The translations under genes and the position numbers were made by a program. From Chloroflexota bacterium (GTDB lineage: Bacteria; Chloroflexota; Limnocylindria; P2-11E), in NCBI GenBank assembly GCA_005889075.1, contig VBDQ01000018.1, positions 44,893 to 108,892 of the forward strand: a stretch of 64,000 nt of DNA, read 5' to 3'. Under the pieces are notes generated by a model. That model did no database searches. It was not told the DNA's origin and saw nothing but the letters and a program-made list of their open reading frames with translations. Below are positions 9,542 to 18,449 of the stretch, piece by piece. Every line of letters starts with the position of its first letter. Position 1 is the first letter of the stretch.

Positions 9542-9922
9542 TCACCGCGCCGAGCGCTGTTGCTCTCGCTCGGCGTCCTCTACGCAGTACGGTGTCTCGG
9601 GAACGAGCTCGAGCCGCTCATCGGGGATGGGCTTGCCGCAATCGATGCACCGGCCGTAGTCGCCCCGCTCGATCCTCGCGAGCGCGTCGTCGATCAGCCT
9701 GAGTCTTCCTTCGAACATCGCCAGACGCGCGACGTCGAGCTCCCGCGCCTCCGTCTCGCTCGCGACGTCGGCGGGATGCTGGTCAGCGAGAGCGACGTCG
9801 CCGCCGCTGTCGCGCTGCGGCACCGCGAGCCGCTCGCGGATACGGCTGGCCGTGGACGCCAGGTCTGCGCGCTCGCTCTGAAGTCGTTCGCGCATCGCGC
9901 CGATGTCCACCAGACCCTCCAT
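9542..9922 (-). CDS. DksA/TraR-family C4-type zinc-finger protein
   Basis: Internal ATG at 9920-9922 gives 126 aa with a C-terminal CIDCGKPIPDERLELVPETPYC Cys4 finger. Confidence 0.7.
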   Translation of the reverse strand: MEGLVDIGAMRERLQSERADLASTASRIRERLAVPQRDSGGDVALADQHPADVASETEARELDVARLAMFEGRLRLIDDALARIERGDYGRCIDCGKPIPDERLELVPETPYCVEDAEREQQRSAR

Positions 9923-10256
9923 GCGCCAAAATGGCGGTGTGCTGCCCACGGATGTCAGCAAGCAGCGTTCCGCTTTCCACCTTCTCGACGTGCGCGAGCA
10001 GGACGAGTGGGATGCCGGACACATCGACGGCTCGCAGCACATCCCGCTCGGTCAGCTCGGAGCGCGCCTCGACGAGATCCCGCGCGACCGCGACGTCGTC
10101 GCGGTGTGCCGGAGCGGCAGCCGCAGCGACCGGGCGGCGAAAGGCTTGCGCGCCCGCGGCTATCAGGCAGAGAACCTCGATGGCGGAGTCACCGCCTGGA
10201 CGCGGGCAGGGCTGCCCCTCGTCGCCTCGAGCGGCGGCCCCGGGCGGGTGATCTGA
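9921..10256 (+). CDS. Single-domain rhodanese-like sulfurtransferase
   Basis: Rhodanese fold with the active-site loop CRSGSRS. ATG at 9921 (alternative ATG at 9903) overlaps the divergent DksA-like ATG inside CATG. Confidence 0.8.
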   Translation: MRQNGGVLPTDVSKQRSAFHLLDVREQDEWDAGHIDGSQHIPLGQLGARLDEIPRDRDVVAVCRSGSRSDRAAKGLRARGYQAENLDGGVTAWTRAGLPLVASSGGPGRVI

Positions 10257-10264
10257 CGCCGGCC

Positions 10265-11038
10265 GTGTCCACGACGGAGGTGGGCGAGCGGCCGTATCAC
10301 GACCGGAAGTGGCTCGCCGATCACCTCGGCGAAGAACGGCGTGAGGCCGATCTGCTCAGCGAGGTGCGCGAGGCGATCTTCGGCGCGCAGGACGGTGTCA
10401 CCAGCATCCTCATCGTCGTCATCACGGTGGCGACCGCGACGAGCCAGCAGTTCCCGGTGCTCGTCGCCGGCATCGCCGCCGCGCTCGCCGAGATCATCTC
10501 GATGGGCGCCGGCGAATACATGAGCTCGAAGAGCCAGCGCGAGATCTTCCTCTCCCAGATCCAGAAGGAACGTCAGGAGGTCGCGGACCGCCCCGGCGAG
10601 TCCGAGGCCGAGGTCGCCTACATGCTCGAGCAGGAGGGCCTCGACGAGACCGCGGCCAGGCGGGTCGCGGCCGAGCTCGCGCACAAGCCCAACGTGCTGC
10701 TCAAGACCATGGTCGAGAAAGAGCTCGGTCTCACCTTCGAGGAGGGCGGCAGCGCGCTGCAGGGCGCGCTCATCCTATCGGCCGCGTTCGCGGTCGCCGC
10801 GCTCGTTCCCATCGCGCCGTTCTTCTTCCTGCCCGTCCGCGTCGCCCTGGTCGTCGCCGTCAGCCTCAGCGCCGTGGTCATGTTCGCGCTCGGCGTCGCC
10901 AAGTCGCGGCTTACCGGCCGAAATCCCATCCGCTCGGGCCTGGAGATCGTGCTCCTGGTGCTGGCCGCGACAGCGGGGGGCTGGATCTTCGGCACGATCC
11001 TTCCGCAAGCTCTCGGTCTCGCGGGCATCGGTAGCTAG
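10265..11038 (+). CDS. VIT1/CCC1-family Fe2+/Mn2+ transporter
   Basis: GAQDGVTSILIVV and the EYMSSKSQRE motif, with 5 TM helices. GTG start 9 nt after the rhodanese stop. Confidence 0.8.
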   Translation: MSTTEVGERPYHDRKWLADHLGEERREADLLSEVREAIFGAQDGVTSILIVVITVATATSQQFPVLVAGIAAALAEIISMGAGEYMSSKSQREIFLSQIQKERQEVADRPGESEAEVAYMLEQEGLDETAARRVAAELAHKPNVLLKTMVEKELGLTFEEGGSALQGALILSAAFAVAALVPIAPFFFLPVRVALVVAVSLSAVVMFALGVAKSRLTGRNPIRSGLEIVLLVLAATAGGWIFGTILPQALGLAGIGS

Positions 11039-11068
11039 CTCGGCACGCCTCTTGCCGCTCAGCCGTCC

Positions 11069-11239
11069 ATGAAGAAGACCGACCCGAGTCCTGACGATTC
11101 GCTCGAAGAGGCCGAGGCAAAGAGCAAGAGCATCGACGAGCGCATCCCGCCGGTCATCCCACCGCACGAAGAGATGGGTCCGGGCGAGGAAGTGCTCGAG
11201 CAAGAGGCGAAGGCGACAAGGCAACAGCCCGGACGCTGA
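11069..11239 (+). CDS. Possible small acidic protein (56 aa)
   Basis: ATG-initiated ORF MKKTDPSPDDSLEEAEAKSKSIDERIPP..., below the track's size cut-off, lying between VIT1 and the MBL-rhodanese gene. GC3-rich. Confidence 0.25.
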   Translation: MKKTDPSPDDSLEEAEAKSKSIDERIPPVIPPHEEMGPGEEVLEQEAKATRQQPGR

Positions 11240-11387
11240 TCGAGGGCGAGCGTGGCGCGGCGATGGCCGAGGGACCCCGCGCGGTGGGGAACCGGCCGCC
11301 AGGCCGGGGGGTCCGCCGCCGCGTAAAGAGGGTTTCGGCCATCGACGCGCCGCGGTCCTTGATCGAACCCGCGGGTATCGTGCGGCC

Positions 11388-12740
11388 GTGCTGATCGAGC
11401 AATTCTTCGACGCCGGTCTCGGACACGCGAGCTATCTTGTCGCCGACCCCGATGCCGGCGTCGCCTTCCTCGTCGACCCCGATCGGCAGATCGACGCGTA
11501 TCTTGGCGCCGCGTCGCGGCTCGGCGTGCTGATCACCGATTCGTTCGAGACCCACGTCCACAACGACTACGTATCCGGCTCGCGCGCGCTCGCCGAGATT
11601 CGGCCCATCGCCGTCCACACGGGTGAGCACGCGGACGTGGAGTACCCGCACGAAGCGCATCCCGACGAGTCCGAGGTCAGCGTCGGCGAGCTGCACATCC
11701 GCTGTCTCGCGACCCCGGGGCACACACCGGAGCACGTCGCCTACCTGGTGTCCGATCTGCGGCGAGCGGACGACCCGCACTACCTGTTCTCGGGTGGCGC
11801 GCTGCTCGTCGGGAACATGGCGCGCGTGGATCTCCTCGGCCCCGGGCTGGAGGGCCGGCTCGCGCGATCCGCTTACAAAACGCTGCGCGAGAGGATCCTC
11901 TCGCTCCCCGATCACATCGCGGTCTTTCCCACGCACGGCGGCGGCAGCGCTTGCGCGGCGGACGTCGCCGGTTCGCGCTGGACGACGCTCGGCTTCGAGC
12001 GGCGGCACAACCCCGTCGCGCGTGCCGCGTCAGCGGACTTCAGCTCGTTCCACGCCGCGATCCGCGATGGCCTCCCAATCGCCCCGGCGTACTACCCGCA
12101 CGTTCGCGCGCTGAATCGCGTTGGGGCCGCGGTCGCCGATCGGCGGCCGCTTCCGTTGCTCCGCGCTTCGGCGCTGGCTGGCGCTGCCGTCATCGATCCC
12201 CGGCCGCCGCATCTGTTCGGCGCGGGCCATCGACCGGGCGCGCTCAACATCGCCGGCAACGACTCGTTCGCGGTGCGGGTCGGCGCGACCGTTCCCTTCG
12301 GCACGCCGATCGTGCTCCTCACCGCCGACGCCGAGCAAGCCGAGCGGCTCCGAGCGCAGCTTGCGATCGTCGGATTCGATGACGTTCGCGGCTACGCACC
12401 TCCGGATATCGGCGAAGGCGAGCTCAAGCGCATCGAGCAGCTCGACCCGCGATCGGCAGCCGCCAGGGCCACGACCGGCGCGATCCTTCTCGACGTGCGC
12501 GAACGTGCGGAGTGGCGCGCCGGGCACGCACCCGGAGCGATCCACATCCCGTACGAGCAGGTCACCGATCGCGCCAGCGAGATCCCGGCGGGGCGGCCGA
12601 TCGTGACCTATTGCGGTGGCGGGATCCGGTCGAGCCTTGCCGCGAGCCTCCTCGAAGCAAGCGGACGAGAGGTCGCGAATCTGCGTGGCGGATTCACCGC
12701 CTGGCGTGATGCCGGCCTGCCTGTCGCCCACGAGGGCTAG
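11388..12740 (+). CDS. MBL-fold persulfide dioxygenase fused to rhodanese domains (CstB-like)
   Basis: N-terminal metallo-beta-lactamase fold with HVHNDY(HxHxDH-like)...ATPGHTPEH, plus a C-terminal rhodanese with active-site Cys (YCGGGIRS). Confidence 0.85.
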   Translation: MLIEQFFDAGLGHASYLVADPDAGVAFLVDPDRQIDAYLGAASRLGVLITDSFETHVHNDYVSGSRALAEIRPIAVHTGEHADVEYPHEAHPDESEVSVGELHIRCLATPGHTPEHVAYLVSDLRRADDPHYLFSGGALLVGNMARVDLLGPGLEGRLARSAYKTLRERILSLPDHIAVFPTHGGGSACAADVAGSRWTTLGFERRHNPVARAASADFSSFHAAIRDGLPIAPAYYPHVRALNRVGAAVADRRPLPLLRASALAGAAVIDPRPPHLFGAGHRPGALNIAGNDSFAVRVGATVPFGTPIVLLTADAEQAERLRAQLAIVGFDDVRGYAPPDIGEGELKRIEQLDPRSAAARATTGAILLDVRERAEWRAGHAPGAIHIPYEQVTDRASEIPAGRPIVTYCGGGIRSSLAASLLEASGREVANLRGGFTAWRDAGLPVAHEG

Positions 12741-12770
12741 CGAAGGCACACATTCTGCTGCGGCCAGAAC

Positions 12771-14072
12771 GTGCTTTTTCCGCCAGAGCGCCTCCGTAGC
12801 GGCGCTTTGCCAACCAAGGAAGCGCAAACAGAGCAAGATGGTCGTATCCGGATCGCATTTGTCGCCTCAGCCATGCCTCGGCGGTGCGGCATCGCCACGT
12901 TCACAGGTGACCTCGTCGCCGCGGTAAAGGCCGCTGACCCGGACGTGCGGTGCGTTCAGGCGGCGATCGACGAACCCGAGGCGGCTCGTGCATACGGTCC
13001 CGAGGTGAAGTGGCGCATACGCCAGGGAGACGTCGCGAGCTATCAAGCGGTCGGGCGCGCGATCGACAAGTCAGGCGTCGACGTGGTCAACGTCCAGCAC
13101 GAGTTCGGTCTGTACGGCATCCACCGGGACGGGACGTATCACGACCACTGCGTCGCCCTGCTCGAGCAGATCAGCAAACCGGTGATCACGACCTTCCACA
13201 CGGTGCTGCCCAAGCCCGAGCCATGGATGCGCGACACGCTCCGGCGCATCGCCGAGCGGAGCACGGTCGTCGTGGTGATGGCCGAGACCGCCGCTCGCCT
13301 CCTCAGAGACGTGTACGGCATCGACCGACCGCCGGTCGTCATACCGCATGGGATGCCAGCGATCGCGCCGCACGGGCGGCATCGCTTCAAGCGGCAGCTC
13401 GGCATCGAGAAGAGAACGATCGTTTCGACCTTCGGGCTCGTCGATCCGCGCAAGGGACTCGAGTACATGATCGCGGCGATGCCGGCGATCGTCGCTTCCC
13501 ATCCCGACACGCTGTACCTCATCGTCGGCCAGACCCATCCGGAGCTCCAGCGACGAGAGGGAGAGCGCTATCGCAACGAGCTTGTGCATGAAATCGAGCG
13601 GCTCGGCCTGGCCGAGCGCGTTCGTTTTGTGAATCAGTACCTCACGCAGCGAGAGATCGTGGACTACCTTCTCGCGACCGACGTCTACGTGACGCCATAC
13701 CTCGATCTGAACCAGATCACGAGTGGCACGCTCGCCTACGCGCTCGGCGCGGGCAAGGCGATCGTCTCCACGCGTTACCTTCACGCGGCCGAGGCGCTCG
13801 CCGAAGGCCGCGGTCTTCTCGTTGAGTCACGGGACGCCGTTGGTCTGGCTCGTGCGGTCCTCGCGATCCTCGACGACCCAACGCTCAAGCGCGAGCTGGA
13901 GCAGCGCGCATATGAATACGGCAAGGAGATGGCATGGCCGAACGTCGGACGTCGAGTCCTCGCGCTCACGCGCGAGCTGATCGAGCCAGAGGCCGCGGTG
14001 CGGCAGCGCCAACCGGTGGTCGAGCCGCTCGAACCGGCGACCGTAGAGGAGACCTCGGCCCCCATCTCGTAG
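12771..14072 (+). CDS. GT4-family (GT-B) glycosyltransferase
   Basis: RIRIAFVASAMPRRCGIATF N-terminal strand. C-terminal GT1/GT4 EX7E region (GLLVESRD...). GTG start at 12771, alternative TTG at 12807. Confidence 0.85.
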   Translation: MLFPPERLRSGALPTKEAQTEQDGRIRIAFVASAMPRRCGIATFTGDLVAAVKAADPDVRCVQAAIDEPEAARAYGPEVKWRIRQGDVASYQAVGRAIDKSGVDVVNVQHEFGLYGIHRDGTYHDHCVALLEQISKPVITTFHTVLPKPEPWMRDTLRRIAERSTVVVVMAETAARLLRDVYGIDRPPVVIPHGMPAIAPHGRHRFKRQLGIEKRTIVSTFGLVDPRKGLEYMIAAMPAIVASHPDTLYLIVGQTHPELQRREGERYRNELVHEIERLGLAERVRFVNQYLTQREIVDYLLATDVYVTPYLDLNQITSGTLAYALGAGKAIVSTRYLHAAEALAEGRGLLVESRDAVGLARAVLAILDDPTLKRELEQRAYEYGKEMAWPNVGRRVLALTRELIEPEAAVRQRQPVVEPLEPATVEETSAPIS

Positions 14073-15283
14073 CCACTCGTCCTGAGCGGACGACGCTCCT
14101 CGGCCGGCGCCTCGAACAGAACCCGCTCATCACGGCGCGGGATGTGAAGCCATCGCACCCCGACCTCGAAGTTGTCTCGGTCTTCAACGCCGCTACCGCG
14201 CAGGTGGATGGTCAGACCGTGCTGCTCATGCGTGTCGCCGAGCGGCCGCGTACGGATATCGATCCGCCGGACAACGCGCAGACGCTCGATCTCGACGGAC
14301 CGCACCCGGTGCTGCGGCCGCTGCCGCGCGGCTACAGCAAGCACGATGTGATCGGAATGTGCTATCTCGATACCGAGCGCGATCCCGCGCGGGTCGTCGT
14401 CGCCTACATCCCGAAGAACCTGCCCGGCCTCGACCTGCGCGACCCGCGGTCGATCCGCTATCGCAACAGCACGGGCGTCCTTCGGATGATCAACGACGGT
14501 TACACCGACTACCTCGCGCAGATCTCGCATCTGCGCGTCGCGCGGAGCGACGACGGGATCGCGTTCAAGGTGGACGACATGCCGGCGCTCTCGCCGCAGG
14601 TCGACATGGAGGAATACGGCGTAGAAGACCCGCGCGCGACCTTCGTCGACGGCCGGTGGCACATCACGTACGTGTCCGTCTCGCGCTGGGGGATCACCAC
14701 GAGCCTCGCGACGACCAAGGACTTCCGATCGTTCGAGCGACGGGGCATTCTCTTCCTTCCGGACCACAAGGACGTCGTGATCTTTCCCGAGAAGGTCGCC
14801 GGCAGGTACGTCGCGCTGACCCGCCCGATGCCGCAGTCGTTTGCGCGGATCTTCGGGATCTGGATCGCCTTCTCCGACGACCTCGTGACCTGGGGTGGCC
14901 ACGAGACGGTCTGCCTGCCGCGTTGGGAGCGGTGGGACGAGCTGCGGACCGGCGCGTCCGCGGTGCCCTTCCGCACCAAGCAGGGCTGGCTCGAGCTGTA
15001 TCACGGCGTGAATCGCCATCACCGCTACGCGATGGGAGCGGTGCTCCTCGATGGAACCGATCCGCGGAAGGTGCTGGCGCGCTCGCCGGAGCCGATCCTC
15101 GCGCCCGGCACAGCGTACGAGCGTCTCGGTCTCTTCAACGACACGATCTTCTCGTGCGGTGTGGTCCCGCTCGACCGCGAGCGTATCCGCATGTACTACG
15201 GCGCCGCGGACTCGGTCGTCGCCGCGGCCGACTTCAGTGTCAACGAGATCCTCGGAAGCCTGGAGGAATACCGCCACGCTTAG
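13934..15283 (+). CDS. GH130-family glycoside phosphorylase/hydrolase (beta-mannoside-active family)
   Basis: Aligns end to end with Thermotoga TM1225-type GH130 (VFNAA, GVEDPRxT, W(I)AFSDDLxxW, LYHGV, GAVLLD, VFSCGVV, YYGAADS). The only in-frame canonical start is ATG 13934, which overlaps GT4 by 139 nt. The conserved N-terminus begins near 14096 with no canonical start there (see findings). Confidence 0.75.
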   Translation: MAERRTSSPRAHARADRARGRGAAAPTGGRAARTGDRRGDLGPHLVATRPERTTLLGRRLEQNPLITARDVKPSHPDLEVVSVFNAATAQVDGQTVLLMRVAERPRTDIDPPDNAQTLDLDGPHPVLRPLPRGYSKHDVIGMCYLDTERDPARVVVAYIPKNLPGLDLRDPRSIRYRNSTGVLRMINDGYTDYLAQISHLRVARSDDGIAFKVDDMPALSPQVDMEEYGVEDPRATFVDGRWHITYVSVSRWGITTSLATTKDFRSFERRGILFLPDHKDVVIFPEKVAGRYVALTRPMPQSFARIFGIWIAFSDDLVTWGGHETVCLPRWERWDELRTGASAVPFRTKQGWLELYHGVNRHHRYAMGAVLLDGTDPRKVLARSPEPILAPGTAYERLGLFNDTIFSCGVVPLDRERIRMYYGAADSVVAAADFSVNEILGSLEEYRHA

Positions 15284-15296
15284 ACAGCTCGCGCGC

Positions 15297-16343
15297 CTGA
15301 CGCGGCCGCTCCCGGCGGCAGGCCCGCGCGCCTGCGCGATCTCGGTCTACGCCGATGGTGACGACCTCACCCTCGCGGCGCGTGACAAGGGCTTCGAGGG
15401 TGTCGCGTGTGTCGACGACGCGGCGCGAGCGGTCGTCCTCTTCCTCGACCTCTGGCGTGAGACCGGCGACGACCGGCTGCGGGAGTGGGCCACTGGGCTT
15501 CTCGACTTCGTTCTGTTCATGCAGGGCCGCGACGGGCGCTTCCATAACTTCGTCCGCAGTTGGGACGGGACGATCAACGAAGACGGTCCGACCTCGTACG
15601 CGGGCAGCACCTTCTGGCAGGCGCGGGCGATCCGCGCCCTCGCGAAGGCGCATCTGGCACTTCGCGATCCCCGGGTCGCGCGGCCGCTCGCGCAGGGTTT
15701 CGCGTGGGTCACGGACAACCCGGCGCCACCAGACATCCGCTCGATCCACGTGCTCGCGGCGCTCGACCTCATGTACGCCGGGCTGACGCCGGTGTTGCGC
15801 GAGACCCTCGAGCGCTGGTGCGACGAGATCGCCGAGGGCCGAAGGGGCGACGTCCTGCTCAACAATGCCGACGAGCAGGTGCCGCACCTCTGGGGCCACA
15901 TCCAGGAAGGCGTGCTGGCAGACGCTGCGATCGTGCTCGATCGACCGGATTTGCTCGCGATCGCCCGGCGGAGCGCTCGCGCCCTGATCGTTCCGGAGAT
16001 CGAGCGCGGATTCCGGCGGCCGACCGTGCAGCCATACTCGGTCGCGGCGATCGTCTACGTCACCGATCGGCTCCACGTCGCGACGAATGAGTCGGTCTAC
16101 GCGACGCTTCGCGATCACGCGCGCGCTTGGTTCGACGGACGGAATACCGCGGGGCTCCCGGTGTACGACCGCATCGCGGGCCGCGTGCACGACGGTGTCG
16201 ACGACGGCCACGTCAGCGAGCATTCCGGCGCCGAGTCGAACATCGTCGGCGCCCAGGCTCTCTTCCCTGAGGTCGCGCGCCGGGCGTCGGAGCTCCTCGA
16301 CGAAGTCTCGCCGCTGCCCGAGCAGCCGACGGTCGAGGCCTAG
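15297..16343 (+). CDS. Hypothetical protein, third gene of the GT4-GH130 operon (possible alpha/alpha-toroid glycosidase-like fold, low confidence)
   Basis: The frame is open and protein-like from immediately after the GH130 stop (15283) to 16343, with GFEGVACVDDAARAVVLFLDLW and FWQARAIRALA. There is no in-frame ATG/GTG/TTG until 15519. CTG 15297 is the only near-canonical candidate. Confidence 0.55.
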   Translation: MTRPLPAAGPRACAISVYADGDDLTLAARDKGFEGVACVDDAARAVVLFLDLWRETGDDRLREWATGLLDFVLFMQGRDGRFHNFVRSWDGTINEDGPTSYAGSTFWQARAIRALAKAHLALRDPRVARPLAQGFAWVTDNPAPPDIRSIHVLAALDLMYAGLTPVLRETLERWCDEIAEGRRGDVLLNNADEQVPHLWGHIQEGVLADAAIVLDRPDLLAIARRSARALIVPEIERGFRRPTVQPYSVAAIVYVTDRLHVATNESVYATLRDHARAWFDGRNTAGLPVYDRIAGRVHDGVDDGHVSEHSGAESNIVGAQALFPEVARRASELLDEVSPLPEQPTVEA

Positions 16344-17437
16344 CGAGCCGACACGCGTATTCGCAGCGTGCGGGACGCGTTATTCGCGTAGCCGAGCGCG
16401 TTTGGGACCACGGTGTGGGGTTGGACGTTCCCCGCGGCGTCGACCGCTCGAGCGGTGAGATCCATCTCCATGATCCCGCTCCCCGCCAAAACGTTCAGCA
16501 GCTCGAGCGAAAACTCCCGCCACGCGTGATCGGTCGCCGGGCCGAGCCTGGCCCGACGCCAGTGCAGCAGGCGCTGCGCCTCGATCAGGCTGGCCGGGTC
16601 CGCGGCGACCTCGACCCGAACGATCGGTGCTGCGCCGGACCAGGCGTAACCACGCACGGTGATCCGCGCCGCTGATCGTTCGGCGAGGATCTCGGCGTCC
16701 TCGACCGGCGCGACGATGACCGCCCGTGGCGCGATCTCACGCAGTGGCTGTCCGTCGATCACGTATCGATCCGTTTGGAAGAAGCCGCGAAACGGCCTCT
16801 CGAGCAGAGTCACTCGCGTGAGCCATTTGACCGAGGCCATGCCGTACCAGCCCGGCACGACGAGCCGCAACGGTCCGCCGTGCTCTGCTGGGATCGGTGC
16901 GCCGTTCATCGCATACGCGACGAGCACGTCGGGTCGCAGCGCGTCCGAGATCGGAAGAGAGCGCTCGTAGGCAATCTGGGTTCCCAGGTCCTTGGGCACG
17001 CCTTGGTCCGCGCCACGGAACAAGACTTCGATCGCGCCTGGCAGTGGGGCCGCGCCCTCGACCAGGTCGCGCAGGGCGGCACCGGTCCATTCCGCCGTCC
17101 CCACTGCGCCGAGGCCCCACTGCTCGCCCGGAGCTTTCGGCTCAAAGAACTTGCGGCCGTTTCCCGCGCACTCGAGCGTGACGGCGATGGTGCGCGGCGG
17201 CAGCTTGCGGACATCGTCGAGGCTCAGCCTCGTCGGCGCTCGCACAGCGCCGTCGATCGCGATCTCCGGCCGCGGGTTCGGAATCGGGAAGTGGGTGCGC
17301 ACGTAGTGCCGGCCGGCAAGAGTGATCGGCCCCGTTTGACGCTCGAGGATCGTCTCCGCGTTCAGCGGGTTCTCGCTCACGATCAGAAGATCGCGCTCGG
17401 TCACGCCCGCAGTCTGCCAGCCGAGCCGGTCTAGCAT
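16340..17437 (-). CDS. Sulfite-oxidase-family molybdopterin-dependent oxidoreductase (soluble)
   Basis: Internal ATG at 17435-17437 gives MLDRLGW... SO-family Moco domain (TLECAGNGR...LRLVVPGWYG) plus a dimerisation domain. Confidence 0.85.
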   Translation of the reverse strand: MLDRLGWQTAGVTERDLLIVSENPLNAETILERQTGPITLAGRHYVRTHFPIPNPRPEIAIDGAVRAPTRLSLDDVRKLPPRTIAVTLECAGNGRKFFEPKAPGEQWGLGAVGTAEWTGAALRDLVEGAAPLPGAIEVLFRGADQGVPKDLGTQIAYERSLPISDALRPDVLVAYAMNGAPIPAEHGGPLRLVVPGWYGMASVKWLTRVTLLERPFRGFFQTDRYVIDGQPLREIAPRAVIVAPVEDAEILAERSAARITVRGYAWSGAAPIVRVEVAADPASLIEAQRLLHWRRARLGPATDHAWREFSLELLNVLAGSGIMEMDLTARAVDAAGNVQPHTVVPNALGYANNASRTLRIRVSAR

Positions 17438-17444
17438 CGGTCGA

Positions 17445-18425
17445 ATGCCGCGCCGGCTCGCGAACCTCGTGCTCCTCGCGGCGATCGCGACACTGCTCGG
17501 CACCGGGGTTGTCGCGTGGCTCCTCCCTGAGGGGAGTGCGGCTCCGCTCTTCTTCGCACATCGCGTCGCCGGCCTCGCGCTTGTGCTCGGCGCCGGCTGG
17601 AAGTACGCGATCGCGCGCCGTTCGCTGCACCGGCGCGGGCTCGGCGGACTCACGACCTGGCTCGGCTTGTTGACCGCGATCGCGGCCGTCGCGGCGACCG
17701 GCATCGGGCTCGCGTGGACCATCGGAATCGTCTCGTTCGATCGGCCGCTGAGCTATTCCGCGCTATCGCTCCACGTGATCGCCGGTCTCGCGCTCTCGAT
17801 CCTGGTCGTCGTCCACGCACTGGTCCGCGGCGAGCATCGCCCATCCCTCATCTCGCTGGCGGGCCGGCGAAGCGTTCTTCGCGGGCTCGGGTTGCTCGCC
17901 GCGTCTCTTGCGGTCAGCGTCGCGATCGACCAAATCGCGCTCGCAAGACGGCTCACCGGCTCGCGGCATGCGGGTTCGTTCACGGGCAACGCATTCCCGA
18001 CGACGATCTGGGCGTTCGACGCGGTACCGATTGTCACCGCGACCGACTGGCGACTCCGGCTCGCCGGCGCGCTGCCGCGCCCGGCCGAGCTCACGTATGC
18101 GGAGATCCAGAATTTGCCCCGACACGAGGTGTCGGCGGTGCTCGACTGCACCGGCGGGTGGTGGAGCGAGCAGCTCTGGTCCGGGGTACGGGTTGGCGAC
18201 CTGCTCGCATCGTACGGCGCCGAGAGCGCGCGCCAGATCGAGGTCATCTCGGTCACCGGTCATCGATGGACGTTCGATCGCACGGAGATCGACCAAGCGC
18301 TGCTCGCGACGCACCTGCAGAGCGAACCCTTGTCCCCGGCTCACGGGTATCCCTTGCGTCTTGTGGTACCCGGTCGCCGCGGATTCATGTGGATCAAGTG
18401 GGTCAGCGAGCTCGTCGTAGCCTGA
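17445..18425 (+). CDS. Membrane-anchored sulfite-oxidase-family Mo enzyme (MsrQ-like TM domain fused to a MsrP/YedY-like Moco domain)
   Basis: About 5 N-terminal TM helices carrying conserved His (FFAHRVAG, LSLHVIAG...VVVHAL), then a Moco domain (LDCTGGWWSEQ...HGYPLRLVVPGRRGFMWIKW). Its start lies 7 nt from the divergent paralog's start. Confidence 0.8.
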   Translation: MPRRLANLVLLAAIATLLGTGVVAWLLPEGSAAPLFFAHRVAGLALVLGAGWKYAIARRSLHRRGLGGLTTWLGLLTAIAAVAATGIGLAWTIGIVSFDRPLSYSALSLHVIAGLALSILVVVHALVRGEHRPSLISLAGRRSVLRGLGLLAASLAVSVAIDQIALARRLTGSRHAGSFTGNAFPTTIWAFDAVPIVTATDWRLRLAGALPRPAELTYAEIQNLPRHEVSAVLDCTGGWWSEQLWSGVRVGDLLASYGAESARQIEVISVTGHRWTFDRTEIDQALLATHLQSEPLSPAHGYPLRLVVPGRRGFMWIKWVSELVVA

Positions 18426-18449
18426 AAATTGCGCGGTGAGGGCGCGCGT

